Source: Piromyces finnis finn
Taxonomy: Eukaryota; Fungi; Neocallimastigomycota
Assembly: GCA_002104945.1 (NCBI GenBank)
Contig: MCFH01000158.1
Coordinates: forward strand, 1 to 22,943
Direction of reading: 5' to 3'
DNA length: 22,943 nt
This document shows positions 22,901 through 22,943 of the stretch, in pieces; position 1 is the first letter of the stretch, and every line of letters begins with the position of its first letter. A model generated the notes under the pieces. It made no database searches, had not been told where the DNA came from, and saw only the letters and a program-made list of their open reading frames with translations. Position numbers and translations under genes: made by a program.

Positions 22901-22943
22901 TTTTATATATATTACATTTTTAAGACATTGAATCTTTTTTTTT

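Noticed and set aside
1-22943. CRISPR arrays, rRNA or tRNA genes
   Set aside because: No repeat-spacer array or cloverleaf seen; the only tRNA-related sequence is the antisense PBS.

Overview
Extremely AT-rich, intron-containing eukaryotic DNA. Poly-A/T tracts, (TAA)n microsatellites, codon usage and a Ty1/copia element suggest an anaerobic gut fungus (Neocallimastigomycota); this is inference. From left to right: (1) a ~2.74 kb fold-back palindrome (1-1340 vs 1389-2739) that duplicates part of a minus-strand GH31 alpha-glucosidase gene and cuts it off before its catalytic motif, most likely a long-read or assembly artefact; (2) an intact 5-exon gene for an uncharacterised class I SAM-dependent methyltransferase (4527-6273, +); (3) a complete, very young Ty1/copia LTR retrotransposon (7271-13262) with identical 235-bp LTRs, a GATAA target-site duplication, a single gag-pol ORF and a PPT; (4) a giant, heavily frameshifted coiled-coil protein gene on the minus strand (~14030-19592); (5) ~3 kb of mostly non-coding AT-rich DNA. 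The most interesting signal is the primer-binding site. It is not complementary to a tRNA 3' end but to the anticodon stem-loop of tRNA-Lys(CUU), which implies priming by a tRNA-Lys 5' half. The element also has a ~510-aa low-complexity integrase tail ending in a bipartite NLS-like motif.
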